From assembly GCA_964016885.1 (NCBI GenBank), contig OZ024741.1:389856001-389920000 (forward strand): 64,000 nt of DNA, written 5' to 3'. Below are positions 27,010 to 41,070 of this stretch, piece by piece. The translations under genes and the position numbers were made by a program. The notes under the pieces are model-generated. The model had not been told where the DNA came from, did no database searches, and saw nothing but the letters and a program-made list of their open reading frames with translations. Position 1 is the first letter of the stretch. Every line of letters begins with the position of its first letter. The stretch is from Eledone cirrhosa. Its lineage: Eukaryota.

Positions 27010-27600
27010 AGAGATCTTCTTGTTAAGCCTCCTCAGTAAAGTCTATGCTAAGTGTCTGGCAAAGAGATACAGGGAGATTGGCGAGTCCAAGCTAGCTGAT
27101 GAACGGTGTGGTTTTTGCTCTGGATGCAGCGCAGCCAATCAAATATTCACACTGCGGCAGATCTTTAAGAAATCATGGGAGTATTACCAAGAGGTATATT
27201 CTTGTTTTGTAGACCTCAAAAAGGCAAATAACCATGTATCTCAGGACCTGCTGTGGAAGGCTGTGCAGGAGTATGGAATTGATCATCAGCTTTTTGCTGC
27301 CCTGATGTCTCTATACGAATGCCTGAGTATTTGTGTTTGGATAAATGGTACTAAATCGAAACCATTCAATGTGGAAGTTTGACTCTGCCAAGGATGCTTG
27401 CTGTTACCCTCCTGTTCATTATTTTGTTAACAGGATTGACATGCGCAGCTAGGTTGGAAGTGGTATCATGACTGGCAGATGTAAAATCAGTTGGCTGGAA
27501 TTTGCAGACGACATGGTGTTATGTAACGCGACAGAAAATGATCTTCGACATGCACTTGATAGAACTGATGCCATGTGTTGCATGGCTGTAATGAAAATCA
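27010..27600 (+). mobile_element. Decayed RTE-like RT fragment (second subfamily)
   Basis: LLSKVYAK, QIFTLRQIFKKSWEY, CFVDLKKA, LEFADDMVL. Confidence 0.8.
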
Positions 27601-28372
27601 GTGCATGTTGCATCCCAGAAGAGTGGCTCACCTCCACGGAATCGGAAGATCGTGATCCCATCTGGCCTTCATCCATCTCCTTAGTACAAACCCACCAGCT
27701 TGATCTGTGAAGGAATGCCTGTGGCACTGAAGCAATACTTAATGATCTTATTGAGAGCAGTATGGTGTGGGAGGCAACCGGTACTGTGATGGCATGATAT
27801 ATTATCATGTGTTCTTAGATATCATATAATGATTACAGAAGGGCTTTAAACAGTTATTAACCCACACTTCATTATTGATAGAAACAAAAGTTAATCAATT
27901 ATTCCATTAGCTTCAACCAATATCTTCATTTATAGAATCACCTCTGCTAATGATGACATGGAATGAAGTCTATAAAACCATGAAAAGAAGTACACAATAT
28001 TATTATGATTTCTACTGTTGACATGAAGCCAGCAGTTTTGTGGGAAAGTTTATTGATTCTATCCCAATATTTGATTCTTAGTTTATTTTATCAACTCTGG
28101 AAGGTTGAAAGGTAAAGTTGACCTTGTTGGGATTTGATGTTAGAATATAAAGAGCTAGAACAAATACTGCAAGGCAGTTGTCTGACATTCTAATGATTCT
28201 GCTAATCTACCATGCTGTACAATGTTAGGGTAAGAATTTCTACTGTTGGCATAAGGCCACAGGTTGTGGAAAGGGAAGAGGGCTGTAGTCAGGGCTGGAC
28301 TTTCACCTACTGTGGCCCTTCTCTAAAAATAATCTCTATTATTATTTTTTTATATTAATGTTAATGATAAAG

Positions 28373-28440
<68 letters not shown>

Positions 28441-28442
<2 letters not shown>

Positions 28443-28545
28443 TCCAGGGGGATTACTTTGAAGGAGAATACTCTTAGTGTGAAGTTTGGGTTTGAAATAA
28501 ATCTTTTGTGACATCAGTCCTGGAACTTTTCTGACACACCTCGTA
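28441..28545 (+). mobile_element. mariner 3' terminal fragment
   Basis: GGGGATTACTTTGAAGGAGA (GDYFEG) followed by ACTTTTCTGACACACCTCG|TA. Confidence 0.55.
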
Positions 28546-28549
28546 TATA

Positions 28550-28928
28550 TCATTTCATTTTACGTCCGCTTTTCCCTGCTTGCAAGGGTGGGACGGGAAC
28601 TGATTCTGGCTTGACTTCTACAACTGGATGCTCTTCCTAACACCAACCTCATTTACAGTGAGTGCTGGGTGCTTTTTTCTGTGGCGCCTACACGTCCACT
28701 TTACAGTGTGGGCTGGGTGCTTTTTTGCCATGGCACCTCCACGACCACTCTACAGTGGAATGATATGGACCCCAGTCCCTATCATCTCATTTCTACAGCT
28801 GAGTAAACTGGAGCAATGTGAAATAAAGTGTCTTGCTCAAGGAAACAACACATCACCCGGTCTGAGAATTGAACTCACAACCTTTCGATTGCAAGGCCAA
28901 TGCTCTAACCACTAAGCCATGTGCCTCC
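28550..28928 (-). mobile_element. tRNA-derived SINE with RTE-type tail
   Basis: Reverse complement of the 14433-14770 family. Confidence 0.88.
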
Positions 28929-28971
28929 ACCTATATATATATAATTTATTCTTTATCATTAACATTAATAT

Positions 28972-29113
<142 letters not shown>

Positions 29114-29144
29114 AGAAAAACCACAGACCCTCCATCTCAACTCA

Positions 29145-29182
29145 CCTTTTGAATAGCAGAAGAACTGCGAAACCGGTAAAGG
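29145..29182 (+). ncRNA. Minimal type I hammerhead motif, variant core
   Basis: CCTT-TTGAATA-GCAG(AAGAA)CTGC-GAAA-CCG-GTA-AAGG: stems I and II perfect, positions 3 and 8 are U/U. Confidence 0.6.
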
Positions 29183-29319
29183 AACCAAATAAATATATAT
29201 ATTTTAAAAAAAAATAAGACTCCAGTTGCATTTTCGATTTCATCTCTTTTTCTTTATACTTTCACTCGTGTAGGACACCTCGGTTATTTTTCAATTTGTA
29301 AAAAAAACCTCACTTTCTA

Positions 29320-29356
<37 letters not shown>

Positions 29357-32300
29357 CATATATAATTTTTGAGGATTTAGTGTTAAAGAATAAAAACTAA
29401 TGATAGAATAAAAATATATATTTTTAAATGAGGCCCCTGAGGATGTGTGGTCCTAAGCTATAGCTTACTCAGCTTATAAGTAAGTCCAGCACTGTAGAAA
29501 TCAACCTTCACTCTTCAATACTCCTATGAGGTTGTACATAGGAGGTTTCTTGTGTGTTTTAATGATAGAGTCGCCAGTCCTATCATAAAAAGTAATGTGA
29601 AATGAAGAGTCTTAATCAAGAACAGACACACCACCCAGTCCATCAATCAAACCCACAAACTAATGATTAAAAGTTTAACACCTCAACTACTAGGCCACAC
29701 TGCCTGAATATCATTTAACTTGTTCTACTAATTCTTCCCACCACTGTCCCATCTAATGTTATAACATAAATTAGTAGAATGGCAGAAAGAGTAGGGTATA
29801 TTGCAATGTTTTATTATAACTCCTTATGTGCTCAAATCTCACTTTAAACAGCTTTGCCTTTCAAATTTCTGTAATATTTGTTGTTGTTTAGCTCCATATA
29901 TGTCCTGGTTGAGAAAGACCTAGGATGGAAGACACTCCAGCTATGACCATCACGTTATTCCAGTACACTCACCTGGAAAACATTAGTTGTGATGACACTG
30001 GTGCCAATCTGTATCAGCCTTTGGTTTCTTTTGAATACTGTTGGTGTTTTGGCGAGCAGGGACTGGCAGGCATGAACAACTGCTGGTTTTCCACAAAACA
30101 CCATACCCAAGCATGTACCTTGGAGAGCAAACCCATAATGAGTCAGTCATGGTTACAAAACTCAAGGCCAGTCAGGAACAAAGTGAGCCTTTTCTTGTCT
30201 TTTCAGTTTTTCTGAAAACACATGCAACTGTGCACATTTACCTACCCATGCAATTCCAAATTCAAACATACAAGAAAAAGTAATAATGAGCTTTCGAGGC
30301 CAAGTCAAGATCTTTTTACCCCTTTGATATCAAACTGCCTAAAACCACCTCTTGTTCTACAAAACAAAACCGTTTGTTTTAAAGTGTTTTTATTTATCTA
30401 AAAACCTTCCATCATAATTTTATGTAACAGCTTCTGGGGTGTTACAAACACCAGCTTAATGTTGAGAAAGTTAGTTATATTACTAAATCCCTTCAAATTC
30501 TTATTTTCAAAGTGAATTGAAAATCATGGGCAACGTCTTTTTTAGAAATATGATAATGAATTACTGTATTACAATTATAAGAGGCAGGAATTTCATTCAT
30601 TAAAAATTTTTATTTGTCATTAATTTCCTTTCATTACCCCCCCCCCCCCCCCAAAAGCAGACATCTAAATTTAAGAGGGATTAGTGGAGGTTTATTATTT
30701 GTTTTTATATCACATAAAGTGCAGGCATAGTGTGGCTGCCACAGGCTTTGTGTTCTACCTGTCTGTGTGGCACTTTGGGCAAATGACTTAAACTATAGCC
30801 CCCAGCTAACTAATGCTTTCATAGGAGGCCAGTTAAACATGCAAAGAGTGAGTCATAACAAAAACAACCAAACTGAGGAATAATTATTTCAGTGATATTT
30901 AAAGAAAAAAGAAATCATGTAACATTTTAGGCAATCAGGAATGCACATGTTTGCATTTCATATTTATGTTATTACTTAATTATTTGTTGTTGTTTAGTGC
31001 TTATTTTATTCATCCTTGTAAATTTGATACTCATGCACACCCAATTGGAGTACTATAATCCCCACCAAAATGTGAGTCTGATAACTCCCTTCATCTTTAT
31101 TTACTGTATGTAGGGCAAATCAGCTAGCCAGCCAGCTAACAAAGCCCCTTCTCCCCACCCCTTCTCTCTATTACACACTCATTATAGGATTTAAGTTCCC
31201 TATTTAAATTTTATTTGTTTTTTTTTTTGTTTTTTGTTTCCTAATTGTAAGAAGTACTAATCTGTCATGGTTTACTGGTTCTATACAGACCTATTTGATT
31301 AAATATATACATAATATATACATTTATTTTCAGTGTGACATTCATTCCTTTTCTAAAGCTGTAAATATTGGAATGCTAGGAAGTGTGTGGTGGACTTGGG
31401 GAATATATAATAAGATATAAATTCAAACTTTTAACTTAAAATATTTTCACGGTGAAGATGTATGACTTAGTGATTAGAGAGTTGGATTCACACTTGTGAG
31501 ATTGTGAGTTTGATTTCCAGGCTGGGTGATGCTTTATGTCCTAGCGCAAGACACTTTATTTCACATTGCTCCTTCTACCAGGAGTTGCAACTGGTAAATA
31601 GTATTAGTAATTGAACCAATAGAAACCCAATGGAAATATTGTTTCCTTGGTCCAATCTGATAAGTTCCATCCCACTCAGTAAGTGAATAAGGTTTGGGAT
31701 GTTATCGATTCAGATATATATGAAAATTGTATGAGACAATTTTGCTGTAACTTTGACGCGTGAAAGTTAAGATTTTCATGGTTAGATTTTTACTAACTTT
31801 AAAATCTACTGTCATCACCTCCACCACCACTACAGCCACCACAAGCATCAACACCAAGATCATCCTCCACATAATTATTGACAACCCAGAGTGCTTCAAA
31901 GTAGCTGTTCGACCTATTAGAAATATATCAACCAAAACCATATCCCTAAAATTGCACTCTTCTTTTAAAATAGAGTGAAGGTGCATGGCTTAGGTGTTAG
32001 GAAGTTGGATTCACAATTGTGTGGTTGTGAGTTGGATTCCCAGGCTAAGCAATGCGTTATGTTCTTGAGCAAGACACTTTATTTCTCATTACTGCTTCTG
32101 CCAGGAATTGCGATAGTGTCAGCGATGGAAAGACCGAAAGAAAGATTTTAAAAATAAATAAAAGGATGCTATGTGTATCAAAGATAATATAAACAAAGAG
32201 GGGATGATCATAGCTTTGAAATTAGGTCTACCCTATGTGGTCTGATCTAGGGTTAAATAACAACATTGTCATCATTGTGACTATGATCTTCATCAGCACC

Positions 32301-32485
32301 ACCATCATGCAACTTCAAACATTAAATCACTGTTCCAACTGTTATTATTTTGTGATAATATCATGACTGTATTATTGTAAATATAAAAGTATAGAGAACC
32401 ACACTTTGATGTTTACAATAAGAATAGAATTAGTGGGATGTTTGGATGGTAGAATGGTGGGATGGGGGGGGGGGGGGGGTCTATC

Positions 32486-32749
32486 ATTAACACTTTTGAT
32501 ATTGAACAGTCTAAAACCTCGCACCTGGGCCTACAATACAAAATTATTCATTTTAAAGTCTATATATTTATCTAAAAACCTTCCATCACAGCTTTATGTA
32601 AAAACATTTGTTAAGTTATGTTCCAAACATCAGCTTAATAAGAAAGTTAGTTATCTTACTACATCCCTCCAAATTTGTGATTATTTAAAAAATTAATTGC
32701 AAATCATAGGCTATGTTTTTCATGAGTAAAATGGTAACGAAAGGGTTAA
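32486..32749. mobile_element. piggyBac-like MITE (related copies ~15590-15810, 17920-18165, 22715-22873, 30316-30560)
   Basis: TTAAC.CTTT ... AAAGGGTTAA ends; shared internal TTCCAAACA.CAG.TTAATAA..AGAAA.TTAGTTAT.TTACTA.ATCCCT. Confidence 0.5.
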
Positions 32750-35091
32750 AACTCCTAAGGAATTTACTCATAGGAGTCCAGATAAGCCTGCAAAGGGTTA
32801 AGTCATAACAACAACCGAACCGTGGATTTACAATTTCAGTGATAAATTTCAGTAATTAAATATTTTTCCATCTCCGGGTGTACTTTAGATGATTTAATCT
32901 ACTATTATTTATAATTACCAACTGTTTTTATAGTTATCTGCATTATGGCAACTATATTTTCAAATTTACATTTTTTTTTTTTCTTTTTAGAAAACACCAC
33001 ATTAGGCATAGAAACTAAAACAAACAAGAATATGAGACCAAATTGTGTAATATATCAAATGTTGAGTCAATGATTCACTGTGTTAAAAGATATTTTGTAT
33101 TAAAATTATTTCTCACCCATGAGTTATTTTTCGAAACTTAAACTTAGGACAGTTTGAATAGACTACTGTCTTTCGCAATATTGTGCTTTTTTTCTTCCTT
33201 TCTTTTCATTCATTGCTATTCTTCTTCCTCATCCTTTCATTGTTCTTACTCCATATCTACATATCAATGTTTACATATAGTGTAAATAATTGCTAATTAA
33301 CTGTTTCCAATTAACTAATTATTTACATATGTATGTACTATTATCACCTGTATAGAAACATACGTAGAAATTAAAGAATGAATTTAAGTTGTTAAACTTG
33401 GTTTTTCTTCATTTAGATATTAATGCTCTGCTACCAGTACAAGAACTTCAACTTTTGAAGTATATTTCAACCGTTTTGAATTCCTTACAAGCTGAGGATT
33501 TTTAGTGTGCACTGAGCTTCCCTTACCAAAAATAATAGTGGAACACTCCATTATAATCACCTATATATGCTATATATATATATATTGGTGTTAGGAAGGG
33601 AATCCATCCATAGAAAGCTTGCCAAACAAGGAGTTGGGAGGACCCTTGAGTTTGTGTCAAAAGACACAACTTCTCTGCACTCGATATGATTGTATGTAAA
33701 CAGGATACAGACCTGCTCCAGTACTGACTTGATCTATGTAAACCCATCCAACCCTTGCTAGCAGGAAAAGCAGATGATGATGATGAGAGACAGTTGTGGT
33801 GCTACTATTGGCTACACACACATACACACGCTGAATACAATTTCATTCATTCATCGTTTTCTGTTAAGAAGATGCTACTCACATGTATTGGCTGTTACCA
33901 TCCTCTTCAGCATCTCGCCTGTCTTCTCTCTCTCTCTCATTCTTTCTCTCTACTGCTGCTGCTGCTCTGGTGCAGGGCTGTAAATTCCCTCAGTGTCACT
34001 TACAGCCTAAAGTCTGATGGTGTTAGAATTAGTACTATCCCATGGTTAGCATTGAGAAAAGATACTCTCTCTTCCCCTTGTCATCACTTAAGTGACTGAC
34101 AGCCTGACTGCTCCAGGAAAAAAGAGAAAGAGAGAGGGAACAAGGGAGAGAAAGAAAGAGAGAGAGAGAGAGAGAGGGCATGGTAGTCAGAGTCTGCTGC
34201 AGTTGTTGTCAGAACAGAATGCTAGCAGTAAAAAACTGACTGCACATACATGATGCATTTATGTTCTAACAGCTGGCTCTCCTGCCTGATGCTAACTGAT
34301 CATCTACTGGCTCTTCTCTTATAACACTGGGTCTTTCTCTCTCTTTTGTCAGTGTCACACCGCTGCAACTTACACGCTTATCTACATTGCCATTGTTATC
34401 TTTCTTTTGCATGTGTGTGTATATGTCTGTACACATGATTGTTTGTGTATATGTGTACATATATATTGTATATATGTACATATATATTTGTGTGTATCTG
34501 TTTGTATTCTTGTTTGAGTGTGTGTGTCTAGGAACTGTCTGTAGGAAGAGTAGATCAATAAGGTCTAATTTTGCCTGTAGTAGGAGGGGGGGGGGGAATA
34601 GAACACACGGCTGCAGTAGGAGGGAGGGGTGGGAGGGAGGTGGATATAACACACACATTGTTTGTAGAGATTTGTATCGGATGGAAACCTATGAGAATGT
34701 GCACTCTTGGCTACAGTGTGCACTACTAGATGCAGTGTGTGCTGCTGAGTGCAGTGTACACTCACTTGATTGCTTCCAACAACACACTCCAAAGAGTTGA
34801 TGCCAACAAGAAAAAAGAAAATATATACATACACACTGTCTTGGTTATATATGTATGTGTGTGTATGTATATTATATACACATAATCATTTAATATCAAC
34901 TTTTCTATGCTGGTATGGGTTGGACATGCACTCACCTACACACACATAAACATATACACCTACACATGCACACACACATTAATGGATGGATAGGTAGATA
35001 TGTGTGTGTGTATCTCTATCACTATCTATCTATCTATCTATATAATGTGGAAAGTGATAAAAGGCTAAACAATGTAATATATATATATATA

Positions 35092-35282
35092 TCAGAATGG
35101 AGGCAGTAAAAACCAGTTAGTCCATTACTCACCAGAGTACTCGATACTTGGGGTAGTAGAGTGGGTAATATGAAAAATTTAGGATCCCAACGGCTGAGCT
35201 CCTGCCTTTTCAATAGCTAGAGTTCGGATCTAACTGTTGAAATGGCAGGAGCTCAGCCATCGGGATCCTGAATTTTTCATAT
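35092..35282 (-). mobile_element. Mini fold-back element (palindrome plus conserved tail), copy 1
   Basis: Hairpin 35168-35282; unpaired 35092-35167 is homologous to 42741-42817. Confidence 0.75.
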
Positions 35283-35283
35283 A

Positions 35284-36095
35284 TCATCATCATCATCATC
35301 ACTGTTTTACGTCCGTTCTTCCACGCTAGCATGGGTTAGACGCGTTGTCCTGTTGTAGGCAGTGTCCAGTCGGCTGACCATGCCTTGCTCATATGGGAAC
35401 TGATTCTGGCTTGATTTCTACAGCTGGATGCCCTTCCTAACACCAACCTCATTTACAGTGAGTGCTGGGTGCTTTTTCGTGGCGCCTACACGTCCACTTT
35501 ACAGTGTGGGCTGGGTGCTTTTTTGCCATGGCACCTCCACGACCACTTTGCAGTGGGAGGGGGTGGGGGCATATTGTCTATATGCTTCAGCTTCGGCTTG
35601 TACTCGTGGGGGGTCGGGTCTTCTGTATTACTGTGTGACGCCAGAGGTCACGGCCGTGTGTCATCGCCTTTGAGAGGTGTAATTGGGTAAGGTCCGCTTT
35701 TATCACCTCATCCCAGGTCTTCTTGGGTCTCCCCACTCCGCGGTTTCCATTGACTTCTAATGCTCTGCACCTTTTTATGCAGCTGTCATCCTTCATACGC
35801 ATCACATGTCCATACCAACGCAACCTCCTCTTCTGCACACAGCATTTGATTCCTCTTATGCTTAGTCTCTCTCTCAATTCGTTTATATTTTGCCGTTCGC
35901 GTATATTACTATTACACATCCATCGGAGCATACAGGCTTCATTTCTTTCTAATCTGCGCAACTCTTCTACAGACTGCGACCAGGTCTCACTACCATGTAA
36001 CATTGCTGTTCGTATACACGCATCATACAATCTGCCTTTCATTTTGAAGGAAAAGCCTTTTGCAGCTAGCAGTGGTAGTAGCTCCCTGAACTTCT
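35284..36095 (-). mobile_element. RTE LINE 3' fragment with complete 3'UTR
   Basis: ORF 35587-36042 MKGRLYDACIRTAMLHGSETW...; (ATG)n tail. Confidence 0.92.
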
Positions 36096-36138
<43 letters not shown>

Positions 36139-36943
36139 TTTACAGTGCTGAGACAGGGGAAACCTCTAATCATGGGAGTACTCAATGCATGGGGAAATGC
36201 AGAATGGGTATAGAGATATGTAAATTCCAGACTGCAATTTTACCACCTCTTCTCCCCATATGGTCATGTATGAGCCTCTGTGTATGCATGTGTTGTGTGA
36301 TTGTGTATGGATGTGCATGTCTATATGTATATGTTTGCTCATCACTGTGCAGGCATACATGTGAATGTGCTTGTGTGTACATACTCTACCCACTCTTTCC
36401 ATTTACTCACTTATTTGCTCTGTAAACATTTACCTTACCCCATTCCTTTCATTAAAGTAATAATTCATTTATTTATTCATGCATTTCTCTGTAAAACCTT
36501 CTAAACCTCTCCATTATACTTGTGTGGGCTTGTATGTATGCTGTATACACATAGTACACTTTATTAATGGTTACCAACCCCATATAATCCACTATTTTAC
36601 CATTTGTTCATTTACCTCTATATAACCCACTTTTTATTGTTAATTCTATTCTTTACTTAAAAATACTCCTTTAGCCTCTAAGCGATCTCTATAAATAGCC
36701 CTACCCCCACCTCCTCCACCACCTATTCCTATGACCATTCTCTTCATATGCAAATCCTACCCACTAACCACCCCTACCCTCATTCACACTACTTCTTTCT
36801 CCTGACCCCTTGCCTGTCCAGATACACTTACTATTCTCTGCACCCACCCCCATTTTCTCCATCAGACCAGTTTACTACTATGATAAATTCAACCAAAGCA
36901 CTACCAAGACCAGTGACCTATTTTTTCACACCTTACAAATATT

Positions 36944-37001
36944 ACTGCACCCTTGAAAAGGCTTGCTGAACAAACAAGCCGAAACCACTTGGTGCCGCGG
37001 T
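36944..37001 (+). ncRNA. Degenerate hammerhead motif, U3-A8 variant core
   Basis: CACCC-TTGAAAA-GGCTTG(CTGAACAAA)CAAGCC-GAAA-CCACTT-GGTG; cleavage triplet not intact. Confidence 0.45.
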
Positions 37002-37027
37002 CTGAAATTATATATATATATATATAT

Positions 37028-37198
37028 ACTAATAATAATAAAAAGGACGGTGTGTTAAATCTTCATTACATTTATTGGGGTGTGATGCATGTTTTGCAAT
37101 TGATCAGCTCCAGGCTCAATCTGTATCGATCTGGCCCGATTCAATACAGATCAATCGCGAAATTCACATCACACCTCAATAAATTTAATAAAGATTTA
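37028..37198. mobile_element. Mini fold-back element, different family
   Basis: Imperfect inverted repeat 37056-37105 / 37149-37198 with a one-sided ~28-nt extension, inside (TA)n. Confidence 0.6.
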
Positions 37199-37209
37199 TA
37201 TATATATAT

Positions 37210-40200
37210 ACATCATCATCATCATCATCATCAGGTTTAGCGTCCGTGTTCCACGCTTGCATGGGTTTGGACGGGGGTTTTCCCACTTGAGGCAAGAGTG
37301 GTTGTCTTGCTCGCATAGGACTGTCTGGCGGGTTTTCTACAGTTGGATGCCCTTCCTAACACCAACCACATTTACAGTGTGGGGCTGGGAGGTTTTTACC
37401 GTGTTGCCTACACGGCCACATTACAGCGTGGACTGTCTGGCGGGTTTTCTACAGCTGGATGCCCTTCCTAACACCAACCACATTTACAGTGTGGGGCTGG
37501 GAGGTTTTTACCGTGTTGCCTACACGGCCACATTTACAGCGTGGACTGTGTGTTTTTTTGTCGTGACACCTACATGATCTCATTTGTTTCGGCCTGGATG
37601 TTGTGGGACCAACATAACTTTACATTGAAAGGGGCGGTGTGGATGGGGTGGAGGTGGTGGGACGGGGGGGGGGGGGGGTTTGATAGAGATGCCTACTGAC
37701 TGTAGTAGGTTTTTACTTTGTATTTAGGTAAGGCGGGTCTTCTCTATTACTGAGTACCGCCAAAGGTCTCGGTCCAGTGACATTGTTTGGAGAGGTGTAA
37801 GCGTGTGAGGTCGGAATTTATCAGCTCGTCCCATGTTTTTCTGGGTCTGCCTACTCCGTGGCTACCGTCTATCTTTATTGCCCTGCACTTTGTTATACAG
37901 CTGTCGTCTTTCATGCGCATCACGTGACCGTACCAACGTAGCCTTCTCTCGAGTAAACAACATCTGATCCCTCTTATTTCTAATTTTTTCCTTAGTTCGT
38001 TTATGCTTTGCCGTTCACGTATATTACTATTGCACATCCAGCGGAGCATGCAAGCTTCATTCCTCTCTAGTCTGCGTATATCCTCTGCACACAATGCCCA
38101 GGTCTCACTGCCATGCAGCATTGCTGTTCGTATGCAGGCATCGTACAACCTGCCTTTCATTTTTAGGGAGAACCCTCTAGCGGCTAATAGTGGTATAAGC
38201 TCTCTGAACTTTTTCCATCCAGTTCTGACTCTAGCTACTGTACTTTCAGAGCACCCTCCCCCACTGCTGATTTTGTCACCCAGGTAACGGAAGCTGTCCA
38301 CTATTTCTATAGAACCCTCTGCGCAGTTGAAGGAGCTAGTATTTTGTGGGCACTTGCTGCTACTTATTGCACCAGAGCACCGGCCCCATGTAAAATCTAT
38401 GTTCTTAGTTAGCTTACCTGTGATCCCACTACATCTTTTATGCACCCATACTTTGCATTTGGGACATAAAATGGAGTTTCTACCTACGCCTTTCCTACAC
38501 ACTGAGCATGGCCATTTCCCAGATGGGACTGCCGCCATATTTTCTTTCCTACAAACTAGAACTTTTGTCTTAGCCAGGTTAATTTTAAGGCCTTTTGATT
38601 CTAGGCCGTGCTTCCATGTTTGGAATTTCTTCTCTAGTTCGGTCATTGATTCAGCTATGAGCGTTAGATCATCTGCGTATAGGAGTTCTCATGGGCAGCC
38701 GGTCTTGAACTCCTCTGTTATAGCCTGAAGGGCAATAATAAATAGTAGGGGGCTAAGAACAGAGCCCTGATGGACACCAACTTTTACGCTAAACTCTTCA
38801 CTATATTCGTTGTTAATTCTAACCTTGCTGACTGTTTCTTTATACATGGCTTGTATAGCTCTCACAAGCCATTCGTCAACACCTAGTTTTCTAAGAGACC
38901 ACCAGATAATGGAACGGGGGACTCTGTCGAAGGCTTTCTCCAAGTCGACGAAAGCTAAGTATAGGGGTTTACTTTTAGCTAGGTACTTCTCCTGTAGTTG
39001 TCGTACAATGAAAAGAGCGTCTGTGGTACTTTTGCCTGACACAAATCCGAACTGCATTTCATCTAGATCAATTCTCTCTCTGATTAGTTGCGCTATTACT
39101 TTTTCCGTGACCTTCATGACCTGGTCGATTAATTTAATGCCTCTATAGTTACTCCTATCTAGGGCATCTCCTTTTCCCTTATAGCAGTTAACGATGATGC
39201 TGCTACGCCAGTCCTTCGGAACAACCCCATTCTGTACGACTTGGTTAACTATCCGGGTGACCATGGTGTGTCCCACCGAACCAGATGCCTTCAGCATCTC
39301 AGCAACTATTTCCGAAGGACCAGCCGCCTTACCCGTCTTCATATCTTTGATTGCCTTGCTTATTGTACTACCCTGGACTAACACTGCTGGTCCCTCTATT
39401 GGGTCGATGTGGGGGAGACTGTCTTTCTCCCATTTGTTCTCCTCATTTAGAAGCCTTTCGTAGTGACACTTCCAAGCTACCTTCTTATCAGCGTCGGTGA
39501 TGGCAAGTATGCCATCATCGTTAAGCACACACTTCTCCCCGATAATATCACGGTTTTCCTTGACACATTGCCTGGCAATCCTGAACACCTCTCGTTTTTG
39601 GTCCTCACGTTGTAGAACATGCTTGAACTTTCTTTCCTCTGCTTCCCTTCTTGCGAAGTACACTTGTCTCCTAGCTTCCCTCCTGGCTACCTGATAGTCT
39701 TCTCTACTTCCCCCATCCCGCCATGCTTTCCAAGCCTGCTTTTTGGCCTTAATTGACTCCTCCACCTTACTGTTCCACCACCATGTTACTCTCCTCCTAC
39801 CTACAGGCCTGCTCCAGCCACAGACTTCGTCTGCCGCCGTCAGCAGGTTTGCTCTCAGGAATTCCCACTGTTCCTCTATATTATACGACTCTAATTGCTC
39901 TTCCTTACTGTCGAAAGCGTCAAGTAATATGCTTTGAAATTTATTTCTGGCTATGGGGTCCTTTAGCTTCCATATTTTTCTCCTGAGGATAGTCCTCTTC
40001 CGCTGTCTAGTACATCTCGTCCTGACTATGAGGTCACTAATTATCAGTCTATGTTGGGAGGTGAATTCTTCATGGGGGAGGGATTTAGTGTTAACAACAG
40101 ACACTCTGTCACGTCTTCTGGTAAGGATATAATCTACCTGGCTTGTGTGTTCCCTCGATCTATAGGTGATCAAGTGATTGTCTCGTTTTTTGAAGTTAGT

Positions 40201-41070
40201 GTTACAGATAGTTAAGTTATTTGCGTCGCAGAATTCCAGGATTCTGGAGCCTTCCTCATTTCTAGTACCGAACCCATAGCCTCCATGGATTCCGTCATAG
40301 CCGTCACAATGCTGTCCAACGTAACCATTTAGGTCGCCTGCAATAACTATATAGTCACTGTCGGTTATTTGGGAGGTAGCGAGCATCAGTGTCTCGTAGA
40401 ATCTGTCTTTTATAGCACCGGGCAGTCCGGATTGTGGTGCGTACGCAGATATTACTGTCACCGTAGTTTTATTGAGGACAAGTCTTATTTTAATTATTCT
40501 GTCGTTCACTCTATTTACGTCTATCATCTTATCTGCCCACTTTTCTGCTACCATGATTCCTACCCCACCCAACCCATTGTCATTTCCCACCCAGAAAAGC
40601 TTATAGCATCGTTCTTTACCCACGATGAATCTAGCCGACCCTCCCCTCCACCTGGTCTCTTGAATACAACAAACATCGACCTCCTTACGTTCAAGCATTT
40701 CTACAACCTCGTTAGAGCGACCCTTTAAGGTGCCTACATTCATGGTACCAACTCTGAAGTTTTGGATTGCGTTTGGAGGGCGGGAGCGGTGGGGCGCGCG
40801 GGGGGGGGGGGGGGATGGGGTTATGTTAGCCATCCTGGGCCGAAACAAGGCGGAGTGCTTGCATTCTCGTCCACGAGGTGAATTTGTCTTTATCTTTGGC
40901 ATTGTCGCTGAGCGTCCACATTTTTCTCTCTTCAACTCTCCAGAATTCCGTAGTCCATCCGTCATATCGAAAAGCAACCAGTTAGGCGATAGTATGGGCC
41001 TCTGACTTATGATTGGTCCACGTAATAATGGTGGTGCGTGGGGGCGGGTGGGAGGAATGATGTGTTGTTA
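37210..41070 (-). mobile_element. Near full-length RTE LINE
   Basis: Single APE+RT frame; 3'UTR with internal duplication (~37317-37545); (ATG)n tail in (TA)n. Confidence 0.95.
37747..40977 (-). pseudogene. RTE APE endonuclease-reverse transcriptase polyprotein, disrupted
   Basis: APE motifs GTMNVGTL, CIQETRW, SAYAPQ, AGDLNG, QVDYIL, SQHRLI; RT motifs FVDLEKAFDRV, QGSVLSP, then in-frame TGA (38689-38691, TGG in the copy at ~875) before ELLYADDL; 1-bp frameshift near 37785. Confidence 0.93.

Noticed and set aside
29925-30283. Overlapping short ORFs in unique-looking DNA
   Set aside because: No motif or homology recognised
38689-38691. Programmed readthrough or selenocysteine at the RTE TGA
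   Set aside because: The position is Trp (TGG) in the paralogous copy; a simple nonsense mutation is the simpler explanation
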